A stretch of DNA of 27,076 nt from a virus, in IMG/VR virus record IMGVR_UViG_3300045988_185299, positions 1 to 27,076 of that record. One strand, given 5' to 3'. Each line of letters starts with the position of its first letter. Positions within the stretch are counted from its first letter, which is position 1. Positions 14,554 through 24,207 of the stretch are shown here, piece by piece. The notes beneath the pieces were generated by a model that made no database searches, was not told where the DNA came from, and saw nothing but the letters and a program-made list of their open reading frames with translations. A program made the position numbers and the translations under genes.

Positions 14554-15984
14554 ATGTTTGGTTTAGACAATCTGTTTGCTCAGACATCCGCACAGAAATT
14601 CTACATTAGCAGAGACCGAATCGCGGAAATCCTGCGCGTCAGTCCTGATGCACTGGATGCCTTCGAGAAGGCTTATTCCAAAGCTGCGTTGCAGACTGAG
14701 CCAGAAAGCATTTTCGAGGTCAATTCCAGGCAGGCAGCGGCGAAAAACGAGCGGCTCGGCGACGACAGCCCGGAAGAGCTGAAAGCTCTTACGGAACGCA
14801 TCGTGAAGGAGCTTATCTGGCAGACGCTGACCTACACTTATGATGGGAAAACAGGCAAAATTGAAAAATCGCTTTCCAACGCACCGGAGAAAAATGCTCC
14901 TGTCACCAATCAGGACCTGCTGCGAATTCCCGCTTCGCTGCGACCGCAGCTGAGTGGGGAACTGATGAAGCGAGACCTTGACATCACCGCCTCAGCTGTG
15001 TTCCTGTTCTACTACGACAAGATGCAGAACGGGAAGACGCCGAAGGACCGTCGGGATGCGTATAACCGCTTTCGGCAGGGACTGGACATCCTTGACCTTG
15101 ATGCGCTGGCCTACCGCATCATCGGGCAGAATCGCAACTCCATCGGACATTGGTTCCCGGAGCTTGTGAGTGCCTACCGGGATTCTGGATTCTTCCGGAT
15201 TCCGGCAACGACGATAGCCAAGGTCCCCCTGACGCTCTTACAGCTGACTCGTCTGGACTATCACAGCCTAACGCCTTCGACCATCCAAATCGTCGATAAC
15301 TGGGCGCACGCTGTATTTCGCCTGAATGACGAGCGGGATTACTTCGTGAAAACCGGCACCTATTCATCGAAGTTCGACTTCCGGAATTGTCTGGTACACG
15401 GAGAAAAAGAGGTTCGAGAGCTTGGCGAGTATTTGCTCTACATCCACCATCAGGCGTTACAGATGGCCGGTCCCCTTAGCTTTCCCTGCATTTATGGGGT
15501 CTCAACGACAAATGAGTGGGTCGTGCGGGAATTCATTCCAGATAAAGAGGGAAATCCCTGTATCTATCATGGTTTGCCGCTTCATACGGAATATCGCGTA
15601 TTTGTTGACTGTGACAGCGATGCTGTCATCGGTGTCTCTCCCTATTGGGAGCCGAAGACTATGCTCAATCGCTTTGGTTCATGCTCGGACGCAAACAGTC
15701 CGCATCAGATGCACGATTATGTGATTTTCAAAAGTCACGAAGCGACCTTGATGCGGCGCTACCATGAGAATGTCGATTCCGTGGTGGAACACATTCGGGA
15801 ATTCCTGCCGGCGCTTGACCTGCAAGGCCAGTGGAGCATCGACGTGATGCAGAATGGTGACGATTTCTGGATTATCGACATGGCTGTGGCGGAAAATTCA
15901 GCGTTCTATGATTGCGTGCCGGAGAGTCTCCGCAGGCCATCTGCTGAAAACTGGATACCCGATATTCTGAAGCCCAACAACTGA
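14554..15984 (+). CDS. Hypothetical protein with C-terminal ATP-grasp-like (D123-like) features
   Basis: EYRVFVDCDSDAVIGVSPY ... GQWSIDVMQNGDDFWIIDMAVAENSAFYDC. Confidence 0.45.
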   Translation: MFGLDNLFAQTSAQKFYISRDRIAEILRVSPDALDAFEKAYSKAALQTEPESIFEVNSRQAAAKNERLGDDSPEELKALTERIVKELIWQTLTYTYDGKTGKIEKSLSNAPEKNAPVTNQDLLRIPASLRPQLSGELMKRDLDITASAVFLFYYDKMQNGKTPKDRRDAYNRFRQGLDILDLDALAYRIIGQNRNSIGHWFPELVSAYRDSGFFRIPATTIAKVPLTLLQLTRLDYHSLTPSTIQIVDNWAHAVFRLNDERDYFVKTGTYSSKFDFRNCLVHGEKEVRELGEYLLYIHHQALQMAGPLSFPCIYGVSTTNEWVVREFIPDKEGNPCIYHGLPLHTEYRVFVDCDSDAVIGVSPYWEPKTMLNRFGSCSDANSPHQMHDYVIFKSHEATLMRRYHENVDSVVEHIREFLPALDLQGQWSIDVMQNGDDFWIIDMAVAENSAFYDCVPESLRRPSAENWIPDILKPNN

Positions 15985-16012
15985 TTTTCTTGACTCGAAA
16001 GGAGACAGAAGC

Positions 16013-16558
16013 ATGAAATTGCTGAAAGACTACGAATCCTCCTCTCTCACCCTTAAACGGGTTCGGGAGGTCATCGACAGGGCACTGGACGAGCTGGAGT
16101 ATGACTCCAGGTTCGACGTCAATGTGGCTGCCGAGAACGCCTATTATTACTTGGCACACACCGCCTGTTGGGACGAGGACTTGGCCGCATTCCAGGCCCA
16201 GCTGGACAACGGCTGCGGTCCTGACGACGGTGCCGGGGAGCTGACCGCTTATGAGCGCGTCGAAATCCTGGCCGCACAGGTCGAACGACTCCTGAACGAC
16301 AAGGAGACCTATGCGTACAGCAAGACCATCGACGAAGATGCCCTGCTGGACATTGTTGCCAAGACCCATCCAAGGCTGCTGGCTAAGCGGCCAGCCGATA
16401 TGTCCGTTGAGGATTTCAAACACCTCTGGACTATGGTAGTTTCTGCCTACATCGTGGGCGGACGCGACTATGCCGAGGACGAGTTCATCAACTATACGGA
16501 TGCCATCGGCGCGACGCCAGAGGCCGTCGCTGCGGTTATCCGGGCGGGCAATGAATAA
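16013..16558 (+). CDS. Hypothetical protein
   Basis: 181-aa ORF with GAAAGGAG RBS. Confidence 0.6.
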   Translation: MKLLKDYESSSLTLKRVREVIDRALDELEYDSRFDVNVAAENAYYYLAHTACWDEDLAAFQAQLDNGCGPDDGAGELTAYERVEILAAQVERLLNDKETYAYSKTIDEDALLDIVAKTHPRLLAKRPADMSVEDFKHLWTMVVSAYIVGGRDYAEDEFINYTDAIGATPEAVAAVIRAGNE

Positions 16559-16588
16559 GAAAAATACGGAACAAAGGAGAAATGAAAA

Positions 16589-17350
16589 ATGATTAAAAGT
16601 TTGAACAAAGCATATCAGACCGATTCCATGTATTACTGGTGTAACGCCGAGGGCGAGGTAAACTATCCCGGTTCTGGGTTTTCGACAGGTGACTCTGAGC
16701 GGCTTCCCGCTGCGGTGAAGGAACTGTACGAACACTATCAGTTCAGCCCCGGCTGCGACGCAAATCTCTATACGGTCACTTACAGCGGCGAGGATGGGAT
16801 GCTCCTCACGACGATGTTCAACAGTAACTGGATGGATGTCCCTGCTGTCAAGGACGCCAAACAGAAGGCGAGGAAAGCGCTCCGCAGCATTGCAACGGAA
16901 CTGACCAGACAGTGCAAGCCGTGGGGGACCGTTCTGTTCGGCGAGGATACCGACCCGGAGGGTGACGAAATTGCCCTGTTTGTCCCTGCGGAGGAGTGTG
17001 CGAGTCACTTTGAGGAAGCGGTAAAGCTCTTCGATGCCAGCGCCTTCTTTGAGCGAGTCAGGGACAAGGTTGCGGAATGCCGCTATCTTGTGTTCCTGAA
17101 TAGCTCGTATGTGCGCGACGCGCAGGGCTACTTCCCCCAGCAGCTGTCCGAGGATGCTGACCCGATGGATGAATCCCAGGAGGGCAACTGGGCGGACTGC
17201 GGTGGTCCCATGCTCGTCATGGACGTATACGCAGCCTCCAAGGCCGAGGTCGCCCAGAAGATTGCCGAGGCATATCCCAATGTGGATATGGCAGTCTTCA
17301 AGATTCTCCGCTGCGACGGGGAAATGACAGAGGTGACGGCCCTTGTATAA
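16589..17350 (+). CDS. Hypothetical protein
   Basis: 253-aa ORF with AAAGGAG RBS. Confidence 0.6.
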   Translation: MIKSLNKAYQTDSMYYWCNAEGEVNYPGSGFSTGDSERLPAAVKELYEHYQFSPGCDANLYTVTYSGEDGMLLTTMFNSNWMDVPAVKDAKQKARKALRSIATELTRQCKPWGTVLFGEDTDPEGDEIALFVPAEECASHFEEAVKLFDASAFFERVRDKVAECRYLVFLNSSYVRDAQGYFPQQLSEDADPMDESQEGNWADCGGPMLVMDVYAASKAEVAQKIAEAYPNVDMAVFKILRCDGEMTEVTALV

Positions 17351-17555
17351 AATCAAGAACCTGACGTCTCTGCTGCATACCGTGGAAGCCGGCAGATACG
17401 GCCTCCTACCCGTCTATACGCTGCACGGGGAGAAGGTCTGGAACAGAATCGGCGACCGCGTGGAACTGCACCTTGGCAACGGAAATAATGTTCTCTGCTC
17501 TGAGAAGGTGTTCCGGAAGGTCGAACCCTTTCTGGAGGCCATTCCCAAGTCTTAA
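17343..17555 (+). CDS. Hypothetical small protein
   Basis: Overlaps the upstream ORF end by 8 nt; followed by a terminator. Confidence 0.45.
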   Translation: MYKIKNLTSLLHTVEAGRYGLLPVYTLHGEKVWNRIGDRVELHLGNGNNVLCSEKVFRKVEPFLEAIPKS

Positions 17556-17560
17556 ACCTG

Positions 17561-17596
17561 AGCGCCGCCCCTTTGTGGGCGGCGCTTTTTCTTTTT
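17561..17596 (+). terminator. Intrinsic terminator
   Basis: AGCGCCGCCC-CTTTGT-GGGCGGCGCTTTTTCTTTTT. Confidence 0.9.
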
Positions 17597-17618
17597 GTCT
17601 TTTCACACTCCAGATTTG

Positions 17619-17789
17619 AGGTTCCTCGGTTCTTAGGTTCCAATTTGCAAAATGCGGAGTTTTCCGTGCCTGCCGGTATGCTGAGACCATACAAAAGAAG
17701 TATCACAAACACAAAGAAAATTCAGTCAGCGTCCATACGGATGCTGGCTTTTATATATCAAAAAAATTTCAAAAAAGGAGAATAAAAAA
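17619..17789 (+). promoter_or_regulatory. Conserved operon-leader module, copy D
   Basis: GGTTCCTCGGTTCTTAGGTTCC octamers; GTATGCTGAGACCATAC dyad; CAGCGTCCATACGGATGCTG hairpin. Confidence 0.8.
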
Positions 17790-18335
17790 ATGGAAAAAAT
17801 GATTCAAATTGCAGAAAGCTACGGATGGGCAGTCAATATGGACAGCGATAGCATCGAATTTAACCAGAGCAGTCCGGCGGGGGAAGATTTCTCCTTCACG
17901 GTTCTGACGAAGGACGCATCTGACGCCGAGAGTCTTGCAGCCGAAGTCCGTTCTTACGCGGACAGCTTCGATACCGAGGAACACGTCAAGATGTGGGTCG
18001 ATGCGCAGGGCAGCGTGAGTGGTGTGCCAGACATCAAGACGTTGGTGGAAGACGCTGACGCCATCCAAGAGATGCTCAACGACCTTGCTGACGCTCTTGA
18101 AAATGGCGACGCCAACACAGATGACGAGGAGACTGAAGCCTGCGGCCTCGAAGGCACTTACGAGTGGCTTCTGAACAACTTCGACATCGACGGCACGGCG
18201 GGTCGCATTATCCACAATGTTTTGGAGTATGCCGACCGCATGACTGGCGACGAGCAGTATGAGTTCTTGACGGAGATGCTGGATGGAACGATTGGTCTGT
18301 CTGACCGCGAAATCAGGAATCTCTGCTGGAACTGA
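17790..18335 (+). CDS. Hypothetical acidic protein
   Basis: 181-aa ORF directly downstream of module D. Confidence 0.65.
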   Translation: MEKMIQIAESYGWAVNMDSDSIEFNQSSPAGEDFSFTVLTKDASDAESLAAEVRSYADSFDTEEHVKMWVDAQGSVSGVPDIKTLVEDADAIQEMLNDLADALENGDANTDDEETEACGLEGTYEWLLNNFDIDGTAGRIIHNVLEYADRMTGDEQYEFLTEMLDGTIGLSDREIRNLCWN

Positions 18336-18350
18336 GTGGGGGATAACCCT

Positions 18351-18581
18351 ATGAAGAAACTGACTGTTTTCGACTTTTGCAGCCAAATCGGTGCCGCCAG
18401 CGATGAAATCCCTGTCGTAGTTCGCGTCGGCTTGCAGGAGATTGGGCATTTTCGCAGCCTATACCAGATTCCGGCAGTCGCTATGCCGGGTATCCTGGAA
18501 GCAAAAGTGACATTCGTGACTGTCAAATGTACGCAAATTATCATCCAAGTGAAGATGAAGGATTACAACACAACCATTTGA
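18351..18581 (+). CDS. Hypothetical small protein
   Basis: ATG 18351 within ORF 18336..18581. Confidence 0.45.
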   Translation: MKKLTVFDFCSQIGAASDEIPVVVRVGLQEIGHFRSLYQIPAVAMPGILEAKVTFVTVKCTQIIIQVKMKDYNTTI

Positions 18582-18603
18582 AAACCGAAAGGAGAAGATT
18601 TCT

Positions 18604-18795
18604 ATGTTTTATGTTTTGGATTTCCATTCTCACCGGTTCACCACCTGTGAGACCGTGGAGGAAGTGAACGAGAAGCTCAAGCAGCTTCAGGATTCCGGTG
18701 TTGCCGAGGACGAAATCTCCGTCATCAATCGACTGGTCGATGACTGTGAAATGAGTATCAACGCTTACCGGGATTTTGCACGCAGCTACTGCTGA
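18604..18795 (+). CDS. Hypothetical small protein
   Basis: 63-aa ORF with AAAGGAGAAG RBS. Confidence 0.5.
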   Translation: MFYVLDFHSHRFTTCETVEEVNEKLKQLQDSGVAEDEISVINRLVDDCEMSINAYRDFARSYC

Positions 18796-18817
18796 ACGCG
18801 GAAAGGAGAAGTAAAAA

Positions 18818-19732
18818 ATGAATCAGGAAATGGTAAAAGCTGAAAAGCGATTCGCAAACCACAAGGCACGCCTCGACATTCTGGACGAAAACGTGCGCGT
18901 TCTGAACTGGAGACAGCCAGGGACGCAGGCGTACGCGATTCGTGCGGTGATGGACGGCTATCATGTGTATATCACCGGAGACCTTGGCTCTGCGGTCATT
19001 TGCCTGACGGAGACTGCCACTTTGAAGGCTCTTTCCGGCTACTGGAAGAAACCCGGCTATTTCATGGAGAAGTTTGTCTGCACAACGGACGACTACTTCT
19101 TTGATTACGAAACGGCCAAGGGTGAGCTTCGTGAGCGCAAGACCATGCTGCTGGAAGAGTATAGGGACAATCATCCCGATATGCTCGCAAACGGAGAAAC
19201 AGAGTATCAGGACGACCTCGACGAGAGAGAAACGGACCTGCTGGGCAGCTTCAACTCTGAGAAGGGCTTCGCGGCAAATCCCGTTGCCTTCTCCGCATGG
19301 CTGGAGATGGACATGGACGGCGTGGAGTTCGTCCCGTATATGGGACGAACCATCGCACACCGCATTTGGCTGTGGCTGGCCGCGTTCAAGATGGCCTATG
19401 AGGCGCTTCAAGACACCTCCACCGAGCGTTACACGCAGGAGTACCTGGACGCCATTGAGTGGAATACTCCACCCCGCAACGGCGCACCCATCGGCCGAGA
19501 CTCCTTCGAGTGGGCCGGATGCGCAGAAGAGTTGAGTGTCTGCAACGTAGCACATCTGCTGGCTGCCGCCAAGCGGACGCCGGGATATTTTCAGGTTCGT
19601 TCCGCGCTCTGCGGTATGCCTGTCATCAGAGAACGTTATGCGGACACAATGGCACTGCTCAACAAGGTAAAGGGTGCAGACGCCTACGATATCCTTGCCC
19701 AGCTGATGCAGCAGGCGGAAAGGGAGGCGTAA
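18818..19732 (+). CDS. Hypothetical protein
   Basis: 304-aa ORF with GAAAGGAG RBS. Confidence 0.6.
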   Translation: MNQEMVKAEKRFANHKARLDILDENVRVLNWRQPGTQAYAIRAVMDGYHVYITGDLGSAVICLTETATLKALSGYWKKPGYFMEKFVCTTDDYFFDYETAKGELRERKTMLLEEYRDNHPDMLANGETEYQDDLDERETDLLGSFNSEKGFAANPVAFSAWLEMDMDGVEFVPYMGRTIAHRIWLWLAAFKMAYEALQDTSTERYTQEYLDAIEWNTPPRNGAPIGRDSFEWAGCAEELSVCNVAHLLAAAKRTPGYFQVRSALCGMPVIRERYADTMALLNKVKGADAYDILAQLMQQAEREA

Positions 19733-19733
19733 A

Positions 19734-20516
19734 ATGAGCACGACAATCTTCGATGCGTGGCACATCGGAAAGCCGCAGAGTATCTACGACCTCACGATTA
19801 TGGCGCGTTGCGTACAGGGTATTCAGGAAGAAACACGAGCGGCGGATATCGCCGAAGATGTAGTTTCTTCTGCCTTGCTGCCGTGGCTCAGAAGCGCTCT
19901 TGAGTTCTTCGGAGATGACGCGGCGGATGAATTCGCCATTCTCGTCGGCGGCGCGGTCTACCCCGTCTTACTGCGGAATTCGTGGCGAGCCACATGGTTA
20001 TTCCCGTCTGAGGAGCGCAAAGGCTTGGAGGAGTTCCTGACCAAACATCTGGAAGGGAAAGATGTCCCCAATCGTAAAGAAAGCATGGAAAATTTGCAGG
20101 TTGTCTGCGAGGCGGTCTACGAATTCTCCGCGCAGTCCAATCCGAGCCTCTGCTTCCTGAGCGATTCTGCCGGGAAAGACGTCTATGTAAGGGGTTTTGG
20201 CTTAACAAAAAAAGCCACCCAGTACCTTGATTCGCTCTATGAGCGTTTCGAGTATACGAACGCCTGCGAAATGGACGAACGCGATTTCCCCGCGTTGAAG
20301 AAGCAACTCGCCGCGTCTTCGGATAAGGCGGCGCTGCTCAGCAAGGCACAGGAGGAACGCGGTGCGCTCTGGGATGACGCTCTGAATGGCTGTACGCGAT
20401 TCAAGGATGCTGCCCTTACTTTCGACCTGGATGACACGGGAAATAAAGCAAAAAAGGTCGCGGAGCTTCGCAAGGCAGCCAAAATCATTTTTGAAGAAGG
20501 TAAAGGAGAAAAATGA
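19734..20516 (+). CDS. Hypothetical protein
   Basis: 260-aa ORF tightly coupled to the previous gene. Confidence 0.6.
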   Translation: MSTTIFDAWHIGKPQSIYDLTIMARCVQGIQEETRAADIAEDVVSSALLPWLRSALEFFGDDAADEFAILVGGAVYPVLLRNSWRATWLFPSEERKGLEEFLTKHLEGKDVPNRKESMENLQVVCEAVYEFSAQSNPSLCFLSDSAGKDVYVRGFGLTKKATQYLDSLYERFEYTNACEMDERDFPALKKQLAASSDKAALLSKAQEERGALWDDALNGCTRFKDAALTFDLDDTGNKAKKVAELRKAAKIIFEEGKGEK

Positions 20517-20929
20517 CAATGAGAACACTGGTGCGTTTTGAGTATGACATTGAGAATGTGAAGCTGTTCGATATCGTGGATGGCGGCGCTGTGCATGGCG
20601 CGTTCAACGGCAACCTGACCATTTACTTCGACATGAGTGAGGATGGGAAGTTGCTGGATGAATCCAAGCAGGCGCTCCGTCTGGAGGCGCGGCGCATCTG
20701 CCGTGCGCTCAAGAACCGGGGGATGAATGCTACCGTGTCCATCCTGAACGCCGATACGAAGGCCGTATATGGCCGCGTGTTCGCAGAAAACCCTGAAATC
20801 TTCACACTTCTCCTGTGGAACCACGGGAGAGGGAATGACCTGTCGGAGGAACAGCACGCGCTTACGCCGTCCGGCGTATACAAGGCGCTGGAGCGCATCC
20901 TCACGGACATTCGTTCCAACGCGGCGTGA
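20513..20929 (+). CDS. Hypothetical protein
   Basis: 138-aa ORF with ATGA overlap. Confidence 0.55.
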   Translation: MTMRTLVRFEYDIENVKLFDIVDGGAVHGAFNGNLTIYFDMSEDGKLLDESKQALRLEARRICRALKNRGMNATVSILNADTKAVYGRVFAENPEIFTLLLWNHGRGNDLSEEQHALTPSGVYKALERILTDIRSNAA

Positions 20930-20945
20930 GAGGGGAGGCGGAGAT

Positions 20946-21491
20946 ATGGGATTCTTTTCCTGGCTTTTTGCCGATACTGACAACACACAGAATCTGCGTA
21001 TTGACCGGGCAGGCTATATTGCCTGCCCGGACGGGACCTTTATCCACGAGCCATGCTATGAAGGCTACGGCGAGTTCAACGGGCAGGATGTGTACGAACT
21101 GGTCGTTCGGTGGAACCGCGCATTCATCGCGGAGAATCCGGACTTCCTGCTTCCGCATATCCACCGCTTCTACAACGGGAGCGTAAAGCAGTGCCGTCTG
21201 AAGGATTTCAGATGGTATCCGGTCATTGCAGACCTGTCCATCCCGTTTGAGCAGTTGCGTGACGCGCTCGACAAGCATCTGAGGGAAACCGTCAGCTTAT
21301 ACCGGCCCTATAGGGCCGAGCTTCGCGGCGTCGGCATCGACATTGCCTGCTACAACGAGGACAACGCAGCTCTTCCGTATCCCATCAAGATTACCCGGAA
21401 GATGCGGGGCGTCCACTATGAAGACCTTCCAGCAAGCAAAAATGACCCGGAACAGGGAGCGGGAATCTACCATGCCGTGAGATGGCAATAA
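20946..21491 (+). CDS. Hypothetical protein
   Basis: ATG 20946 preceded by GGGGAGGCGGAG. Confidence 0.55.
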   Translation: MGFFSWLFADTDNTQNLRIDRAGYIACPDGTFIHEPCYEGYGEFNGQDVYELVVRWNRAFIAENPDFLLPHIHRFYNGSVKQCRLKDFRWYPVIADLSIPFEQLRDALDKHLRETVSLYRPYRAELRGVGIDIACYNEDNAALPYPIKITRKMRGVHYEDLPASKNDPEQGAGIYHAVRWQ

Positions 21492-21566
21492 TTTTATCGG
21501 AAAGGAGAATGCCGTTTCTCCCCCACGCGCCGAAAGGCGTGGGGGGAGGAGCGGCCAATATTTTTT

Positions 21567-23321
21567 ATGAACGTGAAAAGAAAATTTACCGCATTTGCTG
21601 CGGCTTTTTTGCTGCTGCTTTTTGCGACGCCAAGCTCCGCAGCATTAGAATTTGAGACCGATACGGAGGTGCGAGACGCAACGTATAACACTGAGCCGAC
21701 TCAGAGTCTTGAAGCCGGCGTGCCGGACGGTATCCCGGAAGAAATGCTTGAGACAGAAGGTGAGACCACACGGGCGCAGTTCCTGACCATGCTGGTGAAC
21801 CTCGCAAACCCGGAGCTTGATACGGTTCAGAGCACATCGTTCCCCGATGTTCCGGAGAACGCATACTACGCGCTTCAGGTGAGCTGGGCAAAGGCAAACG
21901 GAATCATAAATGGCACGGCGGCCGGCGTACTGGAGCCGGACACACCGCTGACACGGAATGAGGCCGCTGTGATGGCTGCCCGTCTGGCGAAGGCGATGGG
22001 CTGTGACGCCGCTCCGCTTTCATCCCGCACGCTGCTTGCGTGCGCTGACGCCGCGCAGGTCCCGCTTTACGCGAGAAGAGCTGTGAAATGGTGCATGGAG
22101 AACGGCATCCTGACCGCTTCAGAAAAAGGATTCGAGCCGAAAGGCACGATGAATCATAAAGAAGCTGTCGATATGATTCTCGCACTCGGTTGCTGGCTCC
22201 AGAATACCGGACCTGTTGTCCGGACAATCCCGGCGTCAGCCGTGGTGCAAGCCACAGAACAGCACGCAGCGCTGCAAAACAGAATCAATGCGATTGCAAA
22301 AAAGTACGGTGCGGTCGGTCTGTCGATTGCGTACATTAAGGACGGCCATGTATCCGACACCTTTGCGTATGGAGAGGCGGTTCGTGGAGTATCAGCCATG
22401 ACAGCAGATACGAAAGTTCGGGCTGCATCCATCTCAAAAGTGCTTGTTGGTATGGCAGTGAACCTTTCCGCAGAAGAAGGAACGATGACTCTCGATACAG
22501 AGCTGGACACCTACCTCGGATTTCCCATCCACAAAGCACGGGAAGGAGACCACATTACAGTCCGTTCCGTTCTCACACATACATCTTCTCTCAGGGCACC
22601 GGAGGATGTATCAAGGAGCTATGATGGGATGAAGACGCGACTTATGTCTTCGTCTGCGACACGCAAGGTCTGCTCCGGCAATTTGGAAAACTGGCTGTAT
22701 AACAACTATGCCTTCTCTGCACTGGGGCTTGCGGTCGAGCGAGCAAACAACTGCACGATGGACGAGCTGCTTGGACATTACCTCTACCGTCCACTATCCA
22801 TCGACGCGGCATTCCGAACAGGGAGTGTATCCGATACGAAAAAACTGGCGGTGCTCTACCGTGCCGATGGCAGCACAGGCCTGTCCTATCAGGAAATGCT
22901 CAAGGCTATTGATGACGAACTGCCCGGTACGGACGGCAGTGGATTCGCAGGCGGACTCACCATCAGCGCCTACGACCTTGGAAAAATTGTGGCGTTGCTT
23001 GCCGGTGATGGCAAATACGAGGGCGCACAGTACCTTTCTCCGTCCATCGTCTCCACATTGGAGTCACACGGCGATAAGGCTGTGTCCGGCGGATTCTACC
23101 AGTGCCAGCCTCTGCGTCTGCGAGCCAATACCTATGGGCAGAGCAGATTGTTCTATCACACCGGCAGCGCATACGGTGCGTACAACCTCATGTGCTACAA
23201 TCCTGACACGGGCTGCGGCGTGGTCGTACTTACCTCCGGAGCCAGCGGAAAGAAAGATACCGCCGGCATCTACGCTGTGTGCGGAGAAATCAGTAACCTG
23301 CTTTTTGCCGCAAACCCCTGA
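21567..23321 (+). CDS. Secreted SLH-domain plus serine beta-lactamase/DD-peptidase-like protein
   Basis: Signal peptide KRKFTAFAAAFLLLLFATPSSA; SLH-like FPDVPENAYYALQVSWAKANGIINGTAAGVLEPDTPLTRNEAAVMAARLAKAMG; SxxK in RAASISKVLVGMAVNLS; YNNYAFSALG. Confidence 0.85.
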   Translation: MNVKRKFTAFAAAFLLLLFATPSSAALEFETDTEVRDATYNTEPTQSLEAGVPDGIPEEMLETEGETTRAQFLTMLVNLANPELDTVQSTSFPDVPENAYYALQVSWAKANGIINGTAAGVLEPDTPLTRNEAAVMAARLAKAMGCDAAPLSSRTLLACADAAQVPLYARRAVKWCMENGILTASEKGFEPKGTMNHKEAVDMILALGCWLQNTGPVVRTIPASAVVQATEQHAALQNRINAIAKKYGAVGLSIAYIKDGHVSDTFAYGEAVRGVSAMTADTKVRAASISKVLVGMAVNLSAEEGTMTLDTELDTYLGFPIHKAREGDHITVRSVLTHTSSLRAPEDVSRSYDGMKTRLMSSSATRKVCSGNLENWLYNNYAFSALGLAVERANNCTMDELLGHYLYRPLSIDAAFRTGSVSDTKKLAVLYRADGSTGLSYQEMLKAIDDELPGTDGSGFAGGLTISAYDLGKIVALLAGDGKYEGAQYLSPSIVSTLESHGDKAVSGGFYQCQPLRLRANTYGQSRLFYHTGSAYGAYNLMCYNPDTGCGVVVLTSGASGKKDTAGIYAVCGEISNLLFAANP

Positions 23322-23340
23322 ATCATCTTTCCGGAACAGA

Positions 23341-23369
23341 AGCGTCGCCCATCACGGGCGGCGCTTTTC
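23341..23369 (+). terminator. Intrinsic terminator
   Basis: AGCGTCGCCC-ATCAC-GGGCGGCGCTTTTC. Confidence 0.85.
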
Positions 23370-23375
23370 TTTGTG

Positions 23376-23544
23376 GTTCATTGGTTCTCAGGTTCCTTGA
23401 AATAGAATAGAGCGTTTTTCCATCTGCTGGTATGCTAAGACTATATAAAAGAAGTATCGCAAACACAAAGAAAAAACAGCCAGTATTCTTTGCAGATACT
23501 TGCTTTTTATATATTATCAATAAAACACAAAAGGAGAAGCAAAA
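23376..23544 (+). promoter_or_regulatory. Conserved operon-leader module, copy E (diverged)
   Basis: GGTTCATTGGTTCTCAGGTTCC octamers; CAGTATTCTTTGCAGATACTTG hairpin; CTTTTTATATAT. Confidence 0.75.
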
Positions 23545-23844
23545 ATGGGACTCTTAAACTACACGGTTATGGAACAGCCTTACACCGCCGCAGAAATTCT
23601 GAAAAATCTCGATGATGACGGCCAAATTTCCGGTGTCGTTGGCATCTCGCTGGATGACATCATTGGAAATGACATGGAAGGATTCGATGATATTCTTACC
23701 GAGCGTCTTGTCGGACTGAATTGCTGCCTATCGGAAATCAGCTACGATGTCGTTGGTGTGGAGCCTGACGAAAACTTTCTGCATATCCGCGTATCCGGAT
23801 ATGTGGATGATGTGGATTATCTTGAGAGCCAATGCGAAAAATAG
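23545..23844 (+). CDS. Hypothetical small acidic protein
   Basis: 99-aa ORF directly after module E. Confidence 0.6.
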   Translation: MGLLNYTVMEQPYTAAEILKNLDDDGQISGVVGISLDDIIGNDMEGFDDILTERLVGLNCCLSEISYDVVGVEPDENFLHIRVSGYVDDVDYLESQCEK

Positions 23845-23898
23845 TTTTTGCCACCCTTCGGGGCTAAAACTGAATCCGCATTCAGCGAACCGCAAACT

Positions 23899-23929
23899 GC
23901 GAGCAGGCTTAATGCCTGCTCGCTTTTTT
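23899..23929 (+). terminator. Intrinsic terminator
   Basis: GCGAGCAGGC-TTAAT-GCCTGCTCGCTTTTTT. Confidence 0.9.
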
Positions 23930-24032
23930 GTCCGGATTCCAAAGGTCCATGCAAGAGCAGAAATGCACCATGAGAGGGCATATTTGCACTATTTTGCCGG
24001 GAGGAAAGGCTTCGTTGCCTTACCGAGCCGTA

Positions 24033-24207
24033 AGGTTCCTCGGTTCTTGGGTTCTTGGAAGGAGAATAAGGCGTTTTCTTCATCCGCCGGTATGCTGAGA
24101 CCATACAAAGGAAGTATCACATACATAAAGAAAGTTCAGTCAGTATCCCTTGCGGATACTGGCTTTTATATATCACCTAACAATTCACGAAAAGGAGAAA
24201 TGAAAAA
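24033..24207 (+). promoter_or_regulatory. Conserved operon-leader module, copy F
   Basis: GGTTCCTCGGTTCTTGGGTTCTTGG octamers; GTATGCTGAGACCATAC dyad; CAGTATCCCTTGCGGATACTG hairpin. Confidence 0.8.

Noticed and set aside
15872-17356. Large minus-strand ORF (494 aa)
   Set aside because: Antisense shadow of 16013-16558 and 16589-17350, caused by codon bias.
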